A DNA stretch of 64,000 bases from Eledone cirrhosa (GCA_964016885.1 OZ024740.1:190898001-190962000); one strand, 5' to 3'. Counted from the first letter of the stretch, positions 39,496 to 57,765 are shown. Program-made: numbers and translations. Notes: generated by a model not told the origin, from the letters alone.

Positions 39496-40737
39496 TACAC
39501 AAATGGTTTAAATTGCGTGGTGAGTACGGCTACACACCTGAAATGACCAAAACAAAACAAAAACACAATACAGTGGAGGATAATCAGGGATGAGTTTTTC
39601 CGTTAGGAGTGAGAAGGCCCTGGATTGAATATACTAATTCATGTAATTTTCTACATCGATATATAAACTCTTGAAATAACGATGGTCTCTTAGCTCTTCA
39701 ACATTCCCTCAAACATGGCACTCTCCAACCCAATATCTCACTTCGCCACTGCCACGCCGAGAGTAACCCAACCATAAACCAGTGTTGTTTTCTGGAAGAG
39801 TTTTATCTACAGAAAACGGGAATTAGACCGATTCACCAATATTTTTGTCAGATACGTTGGGTCTCATATTTTCGTATCATTAACTGGTCATACACTCCAA
39901 CTATAAGCTCTCTACACCAACGACGTCATTAGAACTACTCATATCACGTACACACCATGTCAATGGTGTGTACTCATCACTGCACTCATCCACCCTCTCC
40001 GGAAAGCCATATAACTTATTTGACATATTTGTCTTTATCCCACACTATCTTACCAAGTCCAACTTTCACAACCTTACTTTTTTTATTTCAGCAAGTCACT
40101 GAATGTTTTATCCCTTACTCCCAATTATTCCGATTCCGTCGTGTGTAGAGCTGCGTCAAAGGATTCAATATCAATTCCAGTTGCATGTAATGGTTTGGCC
40201 TTCATAGTTGGGGGTGCATCCATACATCCTATTCTAAGCCACTCTAACTCTGATCCATATAGTCAACTGAAGTTCACATGTTAGTCGGCTCCACTCCTCA
40301 GACATTTACATACAACCGCTCCAGTAAACCCATTTAACATTTTCCAATAACACTGTATTATACCACATCTTTTACAAAATTCACCTTGCGTCACCTAAAA
40401 AGGCATCCGCATACTTCGGGAATTCTTCATTCCCATCTATTCTCCATAATCTTCCATTAATTCCTCGTCAATCCCACCACTTTAACTGGAACCTAAATAT
40501 ATTCTTCCTTACCCCACCATCTGATAACGAGTGTAGCGCATTACAGACTAATCATCTGTCCCTTAAGCGTGTATAATGCTTTAAGTGAATTTATCGAGCA
40601 CGGCACTCATTTTTGAAGCCTAGAAATGTTTTCACATATCTCCTTTATCGAATCTGTATTTTACGGGGGACATACTGCCACATTCATATCTCACTTGCAG
40701 GTGTATACACACACACACACAGACACACGCACACAAA

Positions 40738-40780
<43 letters not shown>

Positions 40781-40808
40781 ACATATATATATACATACAT
40801 ATATATTC

Positions 40809-43313
<2,505 letters not shown>

Positions 43314-43317
<4 letters not shown>

Positions 43318-43426
43318 AAAATAACAGATTAAAGTTTAAGCAAAGAGCTCTACGGTTCTTACATATTTGATATATGTTTTCCTTATCGAGCCCTCTTTGG
43401 ATTTTAGTCTTCAATTTTATTATTAT

Positions 43427-43431
<5 letters not shown>
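43314..43431. repeat. Short Naiad-2 pLTR remnant with inversion junction
   Basis: Inverted TTATTAAAATAACAGATTAAAGTTTAAGCAAAG joined to forward GCTCTACGGTTCTT...ATTATTACTA. Confidence 0.82.
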
Positions 43432-43488
<57 letters not shown>

Positions 43489-43540
43489 TATATATATATA
43501 TATTATAAAACATATATATATATATATTACACCTCTATTC

Positions 43541-43572
<32 letters not shown>

Positions 43573-46500
43573 GCATATACATGTATGTATATATATGCAT
43601 CGGTCTTATGCTATAAAAAAACACTCTCTCTGAAATCCGAAGCAGCTAGACTGGAACCGACTTCGTATAGTTGTGAAGGAAACTACATATACGCACACTC
43701 AATCCTATACATTGCATTATAAATTGTGTAATAACGTTTATTGCATATATAACAGCTGCATATTATACCTTATAAAACTATACTCAGAAGTTTGTAATTA
43801 TTTCATGTAGAAGATTGCTTTCAAGAATGATAGATTGAATTAAATATTTCATAATCGAATTAAACGCTCCACCCTAGTTTTCTTTTTTTAATTCACCAAT
43901 AGACATATATACATTAAGTTTTAGATTCCTTTTAATATTTAGAGTAAGTCTCAGTCTTTCCGGTTTCAAGTGCCCACATCGCACAAATGTATCTAACTAA
44001 TAGACAACAAAAGAAACCACATATAATTTTTGACGCAAATTAGGTTACCAGTTTGAGCACATGAAATCCTGTATCTTGTCTATTAGTTTATAACATTTGA
44101 AATATTATAGAATATACTCTATGCATAAGGGATAAAGCACAATATTTACTGCAAATAAGAGCCTGTAGAATTTCCCTACACAATGTATAAAATATTTTGT
44201 GTAATGGAGATATTCGTTTATTTCAATATTTGAACAAATATCACGGAATATTATTGATTTACCAAAATTAGGTTGTGGTGATAATAGGGTGGAAAGCACT
44301 GGTCTAGAACAACCTACGCACATGAAAATATAATATGCTATTCGGATTCTATGTACAATATATATTAATTGCTTACATATGCTTTCTCACCGTACATGCC
44401 ATTCAAAGAATAATACACAATTTCTCTCAGACAGACAAAATCTTTCATTTACTTTCGTCTATCAAGTCTTAGAAAACACATAGGAATATTGAAAATTATA
44501 TTTTAAATATGAAAATAGTTTTCATCGATTCCTCTATTGAAATGTCTTGTATTGAATTTTTTTCATTCCTAATTATATAACAAGGTTTATTATCATTTTC
44601 TTTTGATTAGGCTGGGGTTTTGTGTAGAGGCAATGAATAATTGCAATATTACCAGTATTTATTTAATCCGTGCACTTTCAACAATAATAATATGATGAGG
44701 ATTTATTTACGTTGATGTTTTAAGAGACATAATTAAATGCATTTAGACGTCTACAATAATATCCCTTTACATTAACAACTATATGATTGAATAGTATTTA
44801 GTTCCAGTGAAACTCTGCCATAATTTTCATATATGATTACGGTAGGTATTAGATTTATTTAATAAGCAATATGAGTACTTATTTCAACAACTCCAATGGG
44901 TAAACAAGTAACCAGACATTACATTGACTTGAACTCAAATCGTAAATTATATATACAAATATGTTACACTGATATGATTTCTATCTTGAGAAATGTGACA
45001 CATTATGTAGGTGAGGGAGCAGTCAGTTATATAGACCTTGTATTTGACTAATACATATTTATCTCGTTGGGAAGCATAGTGCACAAATGGAATCTGACGA
45101 AAGATGTTTATGGAAGATTAATGGATAAAACAAAAAATATATATATACTACACCGTATTTGGTCTGCAATTCTACCGTTCATTGTAATACATCAACCATT
45201 GTATCCATAATAAGAATTAAAATTTAAATTACATTTAAATGTAACTACTAAGTGACTTCAATGAAATGAAACATCAATACTATTATACGATATGTGTTGA
45301 AATCAAAGAAATAATTTACATACGTTGTATTAGGAAATATAGAAAGATATTCTTGATTATCTGATATCTGAATATATTTCCACTACTATATATATTCTAT
45401 ATATGTAACACATCATATAGCTTGAAGAAGCCATGATATTATCATATCAACAAAACAGTAAATATATTAATTGAAAATATAATAGGATATATAAATATGT
45501 ATATCGAAAGTTATAACTCACTCAGTAATTGACATACATCCTCTCATTGTTCTATTTATCATATTTCTTCCAAGATAAAAATATATGTTGCCGGAAATAT
45601 ATTTCCGTAAATTAAACGGTTATTTCTCATAAATTGTGTAATATGTTATATTCGTTCGCAATCTCAACATATAGAAAGTTGATGCTTAATGTATAAGGAA
45701 TGGCTTTAAGCAAATTTTAGATTTAAAAACAACTAATTAGTTAAATTCTTATATAAAGACCTATCAAATCTTTCCTTGCATCTTATATTGGTTATAAATT
45801 TATAATTAAATATTTAATTTCTCCTTGATTCCATTGTGAAAATTTAGAATCAAACTTTGTTAGTGTATTATTCAATTGCTTCTGTTTAATATATTTCCTT
45901 CTAGAATATACACAAGACTGAAGATTTAAAGGCAATCGTTATAAGGGACTAAATTAATCCCGGTATTTTTTGAATTCTTTATTCTATGTATTCCAGATGA
46001 ACAAATGGAAATGCAGTTCACAATATTAAAACAGCTGGAACACATAGGTACGAAGTTTAAAATAATAATAAAATACGCAAAACGTAAACTATGCGTACAA
46101 TCAATTGTGTAAAAGAATGATTATGCAGGTTTTAATATCTGCCATACTTTCATCTGATCAACATATTTATCTGTAAAGAAATGTAATTGTATACCTCACT
46201 AGTAGTAAGAACTAAGTGATGGGAAAACAAGTTATAATGGTATAATTATTGCAATATGTATTATCTTATATTAAAGTACTTTTAGATATTAATACTTAGA
46301 TGTTGGTGGATTGTTCAATTTCTAGAGAATATTTAAGGGATTCATTGTTTTCTTTTTTTTTTGTTTGAACCCCAACCTCAAATCTCGTTGAGTTCAACTT
46401 AATATCTGTTATTTAAAGGGTCGGGAGATTTCAATAAGCAATGTCCCACTTCCATCAGCAGCCCCATGGTTCTGTGAAATGTGTCTGATTGAGATATACG

Positions 46501-47232
46501 TACTATGGTAGACAGAATGATATTATAGTTCGACAAATTTACGGCAATGGCAAAAAAAAGGGCTCTTACTGCCATCTATACAATAGAATTCAGGAGAAAA
46601 TATGGTTTGATTTATGTGAGTCAAGTAGAATCGTACTGACGCACGGGAAACGTTTCGTTTATCCGCGTTAACTCTGAGTTAAATGGAATTGCAAATATGA
46701 TATTTAAAATCAGTTTATTGATAGATGTAGTCCCTTATATTAACATACTTCGGCTCATAGCTTCGTACTTACATACACACACACTCTTTTACTCCCATAT
46801 GCACATACTTTGTTTTTAGTTTCGTTCGGATATAATAACACACCAATACACACACACACAGAGACACACACACATACACACACACCCATACCCACACACA
46901 CACCCACATGCTTACGCACGTGCACAAAAGTATAGCCCCTTTTACAAAAAGTTTTTGTTTATCCGTTTCAAGTAGACGCGCTACATCCTCCACTTTTCTG
47001 AAAAATAAATCATACGCAAAACGCCAGCACCAATAGTTTTGCAAGAGATGGACCCATTATTTTTATCTAAATACATTTTTTTCCAATTACAACCCACCCG
47101 TCCCCTCAATCTGTCTTATTTCTCATTCTTTTTTCTGATGAAGGAGTAGCGTCCGTATATCCCTTCCATATAATGTACCGATTGTGTTGTTATTTCTGTT
47201 ATTTCTGTTTACCTTTTACATATATATATATA

Positions 47233-47429
47233 TCTACCTATAATATTATAAAGCTGAGTGTCGTGTGTATTTTGAATGTATCCTACACAGCTCACTATAG
47301 TTTCTTAGCTTTCCACTCTCCGTTGCTCTTCCCTCGCTCTATAATAGATCATTCCCCCTCTCTATAATTTAACTGCTTTACTCTCTCTGTTGCTCTTCAC
47401 TCTCAAATATGTTAAAGCTGAGCGACGTC

Positions 47430-47491
<62 letters not shown>

Positions 47492-49242
47492 ATTTCACCC
47501 TCTCTATAATTTAACTGTTTTACTCTCTGTCTCTCTTCACTCCCTATATGACAACACTCTTTTACTTTCCGTAGAGATGAGCGTCGTATGTAAATTAGGT
47601 CAACACGTATGTATCCTACACACCTCCCTATAGTTTCTTAACTCTACTCTCTTCGTAGCTCTTCCCTCTCTCTATAATAGGTCATTTTCTCCTCTCTATA
47701 ATTTAACTGCTTTACTCTCTCTATCACTCTTCATTATCCAATATTATAAAGTTGAGCGCCGTCTCTCTCTCTCCCTCCCTCTTTCACCTTCACTATAATT
47801 TAACTAATTTACTCTCTGTCTCTTTTCACTCTCTATATGACAACACTATTTTACTTTCCGTATCTACCTTCAATATATCATTATATACCCAGGTTCTCCT
47901 GCAGGTCGGGCTGAGAAGGCCAAACTCCTCAAATACCGGTCGCTCTCCGACAGGTTTGCGGTCGTACCCATGGCAGTGGAGACTGCTGGTGTCCTCGGCT
48001 CCAGGGCTACCTCCTTACTCACCACGATAGGCGCTGAGCTGGCCAGTCGCAGGTGTGATTCCGTGAGTTGGAGTGGCTTTTCCAGCGCGTCTCCCTTGCC
48101 GTCCTCCGGGGAAACGCCTTCTCCAGTCTGTCCGACGGGGCTGTGGGTGGGCCCCCTCGCGTACAGTTGTAGTTGTTGTATACATATATTAACACAACAA
48201 TCACATTATTTATATCATATATCAACATAGAGATGAGCGTCGTATGTATGTTTATTTCAAAAGGATAACCTCCTTCAAATTCGGTCAACACACAAACAGG
48301 TAATACATACATCAAAAGACAACCCTCTTCGAGAGACAGAGTGAAAGAGACATATTAGGAAAACTAAACACACACACACACACACACACATCTAAAGAGA
48401 GAGAGGGGAGAGATGAGAGAGAGGAGAGATACAGGGAAAGAGAAACAGAGGGACGGGCAAGAAGTTAATATATACATCTAAAATCAATTGCATACAAATA
48501 TCATAATATAATGGTTGCAGAACGAAAATACAGATAACTATAATAGTGTATGTATCCCACACACTTTTTCTGTCGTCGCTCGCATAATTACCCCTCCCCC
48601 ACACACACACACATACGCACACCCACACATATACGGGAACGCACACACACATACAACACGTACACACACACAAATAGACATATTTTCACACCTGATTTCG
48701 CCAATTGCCGGATAACATCAAAACAAAACACAGAGACACACATATGCACATACACACATACACAAACGAACATACACATACACAAACAGTCGCACACATA
48801 TCTATACTTTATATGTGTGTACGTATGTATGCAAGATCATTCCCCCTCTCTATAATTTAACTGATTTACTCTCTCTGTCGCTCTTCACTCTCTATATGAG
48901 AACACTGTTTTAGTTTCCGTATCTCCTTTCAATATATACACATAGAGAGAGAGAGAGAGAAAGGGAAAGAGAGAGAGAGAGAAAGAAAGAGAGATATTTA
49001 AGGAAAGATTAGGAAAAATACAGACACACATCTACAGAGAGATTCAAAAAAGCAGAGGGTAGGGAAAAGATAATTATCGGCCGTTAGACAGATAGAAATA
49101 CAATTAAAGTGTTAGTTATTCAGGGAGAGAGAGGGAGGGAGAGTCGGAAGAACAATGTGACACGGGAGGGTGTGTGGTATCTTTGCAATGGATTGGTGGG
49201 GCAGGTATACCTAGCCGGGCGCCAGCTGGACGGGTCAGCTAG
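47233..49242 (+). mobile_element. Non-autonomous Helitron-like element with internal CT-rich tandem repeats
   Basis: 5' end A|TCTACCTATAATATTATAAAGCTGAG. 3' end has a GC-rich imperfect hairpin then CTAG|T. Internal repeats of CTCTATAATTTAACTG. Confidence 0.62.
47886..48215 (+). mobile_element. Short 3' fragment of the CRE-like family
   Basis: MAVETAGVLGSRATSLLTTIGA is homologous to 41613-41918. Possible TSD ATATATCA. Confidence 0.82.
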
Positions 49243-49323
49243 TATATATATATATATATATTCACACATACCCACACCCCCACACACGCACACATACACA
49301 CACACACTCACACACATACACAC

Positions 49324-49362
<39 letters not shown>

Positions 49363-49395
49363 GAATATTTTCGAAATAGCGAGTGGGTTTGAAAT

Positions 49396-49618
49396 TATTA
49401 GAAATGTAAGCTATCGCCGTATTTTGACTAAAGACATTAAAGAAATGATTTAGCCTGATAGTGGGGTTAAGATCCCTCGGGGAAACGAAAAAAAATGAGT
49501 ATTGACGTACATATACCTCAATACTCATCTTTTTCCATTTCTCCGAGGGTTCTTAACCCCACTATCAGGCTAAATAATTTATTTAATGTCTTTAGTCAAA
49601 ATACGGCGATAGCTTACA

Positions 49619-49627
<9 letters not shown>
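49396..49627. repeat. Near-perfect ~230-bp foldback
   Basis: TATTAGAAATGTAAGCTATCGCCGTATTTTGACTAAAGACATTAA and its exact reverse complement ending at 49627. Centre near 49511. Confidence 0.93.
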
Positions 49628-49697
<70 letters not shown>

Positions 49698-49699
49698 TA

Positions 49700-50392
49700 C
49701 TAGCAGTGTATCCCGGCGCTGCATGTGTAAGAACATTGGTAATATTACCTTCAATGAGAAACGTTTATTTGTGAGTGCCTGTTAAAAACTCACGAAAATA
49801 TACCGAGAGTAAACTTGTTTTATTTGGAGAAAATTAAGAAGTTGAAAGTACAGTTTAGCTGTCTACGTGCATTGTTCATAGAAATATTGTGGAGCCCCTT
49901 CTTTTCACTCTCCTCTGTTTTGGCCTCTTGGAGTAAATGTGAAAGAGAAAGTCACAGGTTAAGTTGGCAGAAGGTTCCAGTGCAATAGCAGTAAGGCGTA
50001 GACTACTTACCTCAAATGTTCATTCGCACTCTTTCTACTAAGTTACTCTTTTTCTCTATCCCTGTCGGTGCAGTCCCTTGCGAATTACTCGCGTAGGCCT
50101 GGTCTAGATTTGCACCAGATCCATCTACCCGATGCACAGTCTGTACGGCTTTTGGAGGAAGGAGTGACCAGCAGTACGTTGTTCGGTATTATTATGAAAA
50201 GGTGTAGCAGAGAATCCCGTGTGAACTAACAGCTCGGGAGAAAACTGCTTACCTGGAAGATTCATTCGCCATCGTTCTTGTAAATGCTCAATTTAGTTGG
50301 TATTTGTTGGTCTACAGTTAGATGAATCGCACACAAAGTGTTAATGTTTATTGACAAGAAGTGCAACTGGGCTGATTTGCCTCGCTTATATT
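49700..50392 (-). mobile_element. Possible Helitron-like element (3' end at 49700; other boundary uncertain)
   Basis: Minus strand ends ...GCAGCGCCGGGATACACTG-CTAG|T, similar to the terminus at 58363. Confidence 0.45.
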
Positions 50393-50395
50393 AAA

Positions 50396-50605
50396 TATTA
50401 AAATAACAGATTCAAGTTTAAGCAAAGAATCGTGGGCTTTCACTCTTCACGGGATCTTTTGAAACTAAAAAAATAAATCTGTGGACGCAGAAGTAAATAT
50501 TTAGAAAAACGTTGTAACCGAATGGAAACAGGAAGACGATACTTTGGTTCGTGTAGACGTTCCCTGGCAATAAACGGAAAATAGCGAACATAATACGTCA
50601 TCAAT
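50396..50605 (-). repeat. Naiad-2 pLTR copy with a degenerate hammerhead at 50415-50466 (core CAAAAGA)
   Basis: Reverse complement of ~24157-24365. Confidence 0.82.
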
Positions 50606-50837
50606 GTTCGTCAGAATGTCGTAACGCAGACAGCCATGCATACAGACAGATACTATAAGAGCGCAACGGAGATGTATAACCAGCGCCTATCACCCCTTTA
50701 ACAACAGAAAATTGAAAAGTAAAATCTGCAGTTAATATCTTTAGACCGCAAGGAATATATAAATGCAAGTTAACCGTAGTAGAAATGTGGATTTGTATAG
50801 ACTTTGCAAAAATGAGGACACACACATAGACAACTAC

Positions 50838-50933
<96 letters not shown>

Positions 50934-53645
50934 GTGGCAGCAAACTCTGAAGAATATTTCAATCGCTTGACAGATTACAGAAAATGGTGCACACTGAGGC
51001 TACGCCCAGGCACACGATCCTGTAACATATACTGAACAAGCAATGCCTGTGCTTTGAAGGAGTTTTAAGTAGGGAAAGGCCTTGCACTCGACCAATCGCA
51101 CTCTCTGGGCATCGAAAACACTACCCGACAAGGGGAACTGGTCAACATCATCGGATTCTTCCGAAGCCGCAGGTGTTTTTTTGTTTTTTTTTCAGCGTTT
51201 ACCTCGCTTAGAAAGGTGTTGTACAACAGCTGCGGACCTTTCATTCCCAGGAGAAAAAAACATATATATATACATACATATACACATACACATACATGCA
51301 CAATTCAAGAACAGTCAATACAAAGAGAGAGAAGCAAACACTTACTAATTAGTTACTCGTTTAGAAAGAAAAAACATTTGGTTTTGACGTTTTAGACATA
51401 TGTGTTTCTTCAGGAAATGTAGATGTCGGAAATAGAGAGAAAGGGTTGGTGCAACAGAATTTGTAAAAGTAAGAATCAGAAATTGGTGAGGGTTGGTGTA
51501 TAGATCGGTAAATGTAATTGGAGGTCGAGTTGGAAAGGCTATATGGATGCTGTTTTGTGTGTAGATGGAGGGCATTTCGAATATGTGCCTTACTGGTATT
51601 GTGTATGTCTACGGTTTATATGGTTTGTGTATCATTAATTAAATTGTCCGTTTGTGAGAGTCTCCGTATGTCTGTGAATGATTTATTCATCTCAGACACA
51701 CATACATATACTCCTACGCACGCACACATGTATTTATATATATATATATATATATATATGCGTGTGTGTGTGTGTGTGTGTATATATATATTCTAACTCA
51801 ATACATAATTTGATAGATATATATATGATGTGTGTGTGTGTGTGTTTGTTTGTTTGTATATGTTTGTGAACTATTTTGTGCTTTCGTCTTAACCTCCCGC
51901 CTTTCAACGCTGGTTGATCCGGGAATAGTTGAACAAAAAAAAAGTTTCTGTTTTTATTAATACACAGGCGTTACTTGGCAGAACACATAGGCGTCGTCCT
52001 GGTCTCCATACTGAAACATGTCAAATTATTTGAATTACCTTGAAAAGGGTGTATATATTTGTTTTAAGGCGAGCTTACCGAAACGTATGATTTGATATAA
52101 TTAAATATTTTCATTATGGTAATTGATATGTTTTCCTTGTCAACCCAAACCTCTTTCTAAGCAATTATATTTACAATTATAATTATACTTACCAAATTAG
52201 AATTGCTTTTTCATTTAAATGTATTTTTGCTTATATTTATTCTCTCCATTATATGTTTAGATCATTTACCTGGAATGTTTATAATTCTAAATGAATTTAA
52301 GGATTGTGTTTCTTATATTTATCTAACATCAATTGGTATACTCTTGGAAAGCGTAGTTTATATTTCAGTACTATAAAAATATCAAGACACCCTCTTGTAT
52401 ATCATATCTGCCAACTTAAAGTGTAACATTACATGGTATAAAACATGTCCAATTATATCTTCCATATAAACATAGGTGGAATGATAACCTGGAATATGTC
52501 TAACTCAAGGGAAAAGCACGCCAATCATAACAGGCACACCAACTGAAATATGTACTCAAATTAATAATGTTTCATACGTAATAATATTCTCGTTATTAGG
52601 CTGTATGCTCACGTGTTTTATATATTAGACGGTAATACGTAGAACCAACAAGAAAGCATCTTCTTAAATGTTTGATGGATTTATGCATTATTCTATGCAG
52701 CACGGTTATTATATTTCTGTAACATGCGATGATACAAGGAATGACAAAATACTGAAACACAAATAATAATTCGGTACATTAATTCTGTACTAAACAATTT
52801 CTGACAGAGAAACAATTCGTTCTTGCCTCTCTCATCTGAATACTTAATTTTACTAGTAGATAGAATAATTTTTTTAATGGAATCAAGTTTTCTTTCATAG
52901 ACATATTCATATAGATTCACTATTTCTAATAGCATAGCATAAATAAAATGAAAATATATAAAATAAAAGTATCAGAGGGTTAGCTGCAAAACATTACTTT
53001 CAAATTTCCGTTATAATAAGGACACTTCCAAGAGGTTTAATTATGTTTAATGCATTGTTGTAATAAATCAATATATTTTTAATTTATAAGCCATTTCTTT
53101 TATGCTTCCTGGAGTATTTTTCAATGTTAAATAGTAAACTACCGTAGAATGTGACAAAAGTGTAAATCACAAAAAATATTAAAATGGCTAATTTATTATG
53201 AACTAGGTTTTTCTTCACTGCTTCTTTTTTTTTCTTTTGCATCAATTTTGGCTCCTACATCAATACTGTTTCTAAATTTGAGCCATTTGTTTCTATAGAC
53301 CGGTACGTATTTATGGATGAGTTATATATTATAGTAATTTGGATTTAACCTTCGTATAGCTCCCTGATACACAAAGGCTGAGACACACATTCTGATAAAC
53401 ACGTACTCCTCATATATACATATATATATATATATATGTGCGTGTGTGAGTGTGTGTGTGTGTGCGCGCGCGCGAGCATGTGTTAGTATTACACTGTAAA
53501 TTTAAGTGAACAAATCTATCTTTATGAGAGTATAAGACAGACTTACTTTGAATTAGATTTATTGCTTCTCTGATTGATATTTTATCTCAATGTTTTATCA
53601 ATTCATTTAGATGGTTAATACGTATTAGAGACTAATTAATATTTG

Positions 53646-53726
<81 letters not shown>

Positions 53727-55429
53727 GGGCTGTATGTTTGTGTGTATAATGTTGCGATTTGAAATTCAACTATATGAAATATGCTCTATTTACAGCACCA
53801 CCATTACTTTCATTTCCGTGCTATTACATACACTTGATATTAAAATACAAGATATATAATACTATAATATATTTCAGTTTCCACATTTAGATTATCTTCT
53901 TACAATAGACTAACATTTCTAGTTTTAGTTAGAGTAATGAGAATTCAATTAATATGACAATATACTTGATAATTTATCGATATCTATCTACTATTTACCT
54001 ACATATCTATGCATATATCAACACAACGATTTCTTTTATATTATAGGTCACGTAAATTTACCGGCTTACAGCCTAAATTATATAATTATTTAATCGTTTG
54101 TGTTTCACTCTCAACCTCGTGTACACAGAGTATAAAATGAATTATCTTCTCTGAATATTCAAAGAGAAACATATTTACGGAGGTAAATGCCAAACACTTG
54201 TACCGTAATAACAATATACTAACATATGCGCATTAAAGATTGAAAAGTCAACTCGGTATTTATTTCAAGCAATAAATTAGAATACCTAAAATAAATAAAA
54301 AATGCGTTTTCGATTTCATGTCACGTTTTAATGTCTTAGTTAATGGCCACTATTTTATCCGGTGTAAAATCGTAATATGAAAATAAATGCTTGAATAATT
54401 GACCTTTTTTTTTATTCAAACCGTCTTTATTCTGCATTTTATGGAATTTTCTTTCATGTAATCTTTGTAATCTTTGTAAAGATATAATAATATGGTACAA
54501 TTTCTGAGAATTTCAAACATTTACATTCTAGGTGATGAAATTAATTTTATGGTAATTGTATATACTATATTATTATAGAAATAATGAAAAGTAAATATGG
54601 AAATAAATCAATAAGATAAAATCGATTTGTCTGTTAAATAAAACTTATATTTTGTAAAGATGATTGATATACAGAGTCGATTTTACTAGAATATGTATCA
54701 CATTAATTGGATGAACATATGGAGAGTAATATATTTTACTGTGGTGTTTGCAGCTGTATATGCATTGTTGAAGAACATTTAAGGAATATAATCTTCCCGA
54801 ATCTAGTAAACAGCCGAATCTAGTAAACAGCCGAATATAAATCTATTTTCATGAAATTATGACGTACGTACGTATATACGTATGAGAAAAAATGTTTAGG
54901 GAGAACATTCATCAGTGTTTAATTGAAGCAAAATACCAAATGCTGGATATTTGAACACCTTGTAAATTTCGTTTTATTCAATATGAAACCCGACTTACTA
55001 ATTATATGGGAGCAGCCACGTAATATTAGAGATTGGGTATTATCTTATTATCCGCATATTAGATTATATGAAACTTCCCGGTAAATATTTGAAGAAATGA
55101 AAATGAGGAATGTTGAAATTCATACAGAATTCCAGTTGTCTGTCCATACAGTTCAAAGTAAAAAATATATGAAATAGGTGCTGTGATGAGGAAATATGTA
55201 TACGATGAACTATTTTAAGTTTTATTATTCACTGTAACCTGCATCTCATTAGTAAATATACATTTTAAATATATTACTGTAATTACATCATGTGTCCCTC
55301 CAGTACAATGGCGATGGAACTGGGGGTGGTGGTGCAGGGGGCTCATTCCCCCCTCCCCCAACAATTATATTTTTCTCCCCAAATTAACAGAACACACATC
55401 TATTTGTATATACTCTACAATGTATGTAC

Positions 55430-56290
55430 ATGATATATATAGACAAATGGGGGAGAGCTTGATGTATATTGAGATAGATAAGGGTATTGGAAGTGAGTTC
55501 CGTGTAGTAGATAAAGGGGGAGTTGGTGGTAATTGAAATAGTGAGGGGGTTGGGAGAGTATTTTGTATACTAGATATAGAGTGGGGCGAAGATTGCTGTA
55601 TATTGATATAGAGAGGGAAAATGAAAGAGAGTACAATGTAGTAGATATTGAGAGAGGGTGAGTTTCGTGTAAATTGATATAGAGAACGCGGTTGGAAGCG
55701 AGGTCCGTGTAGTAGATATATAGAGGCAGGTGTTTGGTGTTAACTTATATAGAGAGGGTGATTGGTAGATAGTTCCGTGTAGTAAATATAGAATGGAGAG
55801 TGTTTGGTGGTAATTGTTGTAATAAGGGGGTCGGGATAGTGTGTTGTATAATAGATAAATTGAGAGGGAAACGTTGATGGTTATTGATATAGAGAGGGAG
55901 AATAGTAGAGTACGCTGTAGAAGATATAGAAAGCGGGAGAGCTTTGTGTGAATTGATATAGAGAGCGGGATTGGAAAAGTGTTCCTTGTAGTAGATAATA
56001 AAATAAGATAGTATAGTGTTACTTGATACAGAGATGGGGATTGGATCAGAGTTCTATGTAGTAGATATAGTGAGGGGGGGGGGGATATGTGTGTTAATTG
56101 CTATAGAGACGAAGAATGAAAGAAAATACCAAAATAGTATATATAGAGATGGGGTTGACAGAGAGTTCTGTGTAGTAGATATAGAGAGGGGAAGAATTTG
56201 GTATTTGATATAGAGAGGGTGACAGTTTGGTTTTAGTAGATACAGAGATGGGGATTAAATGAGAGTAATGTTTGAATGACATAGAGAGAA
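55430..56290. repeat. Degenerate purine-rich minisatellite (~30-35 bp subunits)
   Basis: Alternating GTAGTAGATATAGAGAGGG and AATTGATATAGAGAGGG variants. Confidence 0.8.
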
Positions 56291-56915
56291 AGAGTGTTAA
56301 ATGGCACTTTCCGATCGCAAATAATAGGAGGGACAGCAATGCATGGTTGGGACTTGAGAAATCAGTAATTGTATAGTGTACGTCAGTAAAATGGGATTTC
56401 TTGTATTTTTTTCTTTTGCCATACATAATGTTGTTTTCTTAAATGTAAAATAAAATTATTATTAGATTCTTCAGCTGCTGTATCAATATGAATCATATTT
56501 CGCAAGAGATGGATTTGCAAAATTAAATAACCGTGCGATGGCGGGAATAGAAACCGAGGTTGGAAAAATTCTGACAAATTAATAAATGCGGAAGTGGGGA
56601 TTTATTATTCAACGCCTGAGAATAATTGAATTATTGACAGACGTGAGAATGCAACCTCAATACCTACCAACGTAGTGTTTAGATATTAATCTATTATGGC
56701 TCAACCTTGTCAATCCGGAGTCTCACATGCGTACTCACCAGATAACACTGGTGTGCACAGCGGAAACGTACATGAATGTATATATATATATATAGAGGAT
56801 ATGAATAAATTGTGTATAGTACCACATTTCTCACCAAATGTAAAGAAGCTCGATATATTTCCCCCTTTTGGAAATGGCACACAGCATATTTTTTTAATTA
56901 TATATATAATTTATA

Positions 56916-57145
56916 CACTGGTGATGGACCTGGAGGGCTGGGGCAAGCCCCCTCCAATAATTATATTTTCTACTTAAAATACCAAAACGTACATCTATTT
57001 GGATATAAGCTACAATTTATGCACATGTTATGTTTACAGCATATCTAAAATTTCTGACGATTTTAGAGTGCAAAGAGCTAAATATATCACTAAAATTAAT
57101 TTGTCGAAATTTCCACTCAATTCTGAAATGCTTCCACCACCCCTG
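56916..57145. mobile_element. Possible small TIR element (MITE); a related left end lies at ~55306
   Basis: CACTGGTGATGGA vs TCCACCACCCCTG form an imperfect TIR. CCCCCTCC..A(C/T)AATTATATTTT is shared with 55350-55375. TSD not clean. Confidence 0.4.
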
Positions 57146-57765
57146 CAATATATATCTATCACTTGATACCTATATATTAAACAGGAAGTATTAATGATAT
57201 ATAGAGCACTCTATTCATCTCTGTATTACGAAGTGGCATTTTTAAAATCTAATCTTTCATTTGCATTTCTTGAACAATTCAACATTTAACAGAGTAGATT
57301 ACAAGCTCAGTATGCCCTAATTTAAAGAAAACCGGTGTAATAGTGTTTTAAATATTTGGTGGTATAATGTTCCTGACCAATATACATGCGTTACAAAAAA
57401 CAGTAGATGCCAGGAGTGGCATACAAGTTATAACATAATCGCGTTACTCAGGAATAATCAAATCATAATGTTATAAATCCAAATACATATTTCCTATCCA
57501 ATAATATATTCATTTAAATATTTTAGAATGCAATCGTTCGACATGCAAAGCGCTTCATTTAACCATTTATTTTATATAAATCACTTTAACATGGGATCCA
57601 GTTCACTACAATGACATTGCATGTTTTACCAAGTATTACGAAATAAGGACAATGTGAGGAAGTCAGATAAGATTATAAAAGCTATCCAAATTGATAAAAA
57701 AAAAACGATTTCATATATATATACAAAACGCACGCACATACACACACGCACACACACGCACACAA

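Noticed and set aside
39950-40560. Possible highly decayed RTE-like LINE fragment on the minus strand
   Set aside because: Only faint motif resemblance and no continuous frame; a profile search would be needed.
47136-47165. CTGATGA followed by a GGA/TCC stem
   Set aside because: It is followed by GTAT rather than GAAA, with no stem I or III.
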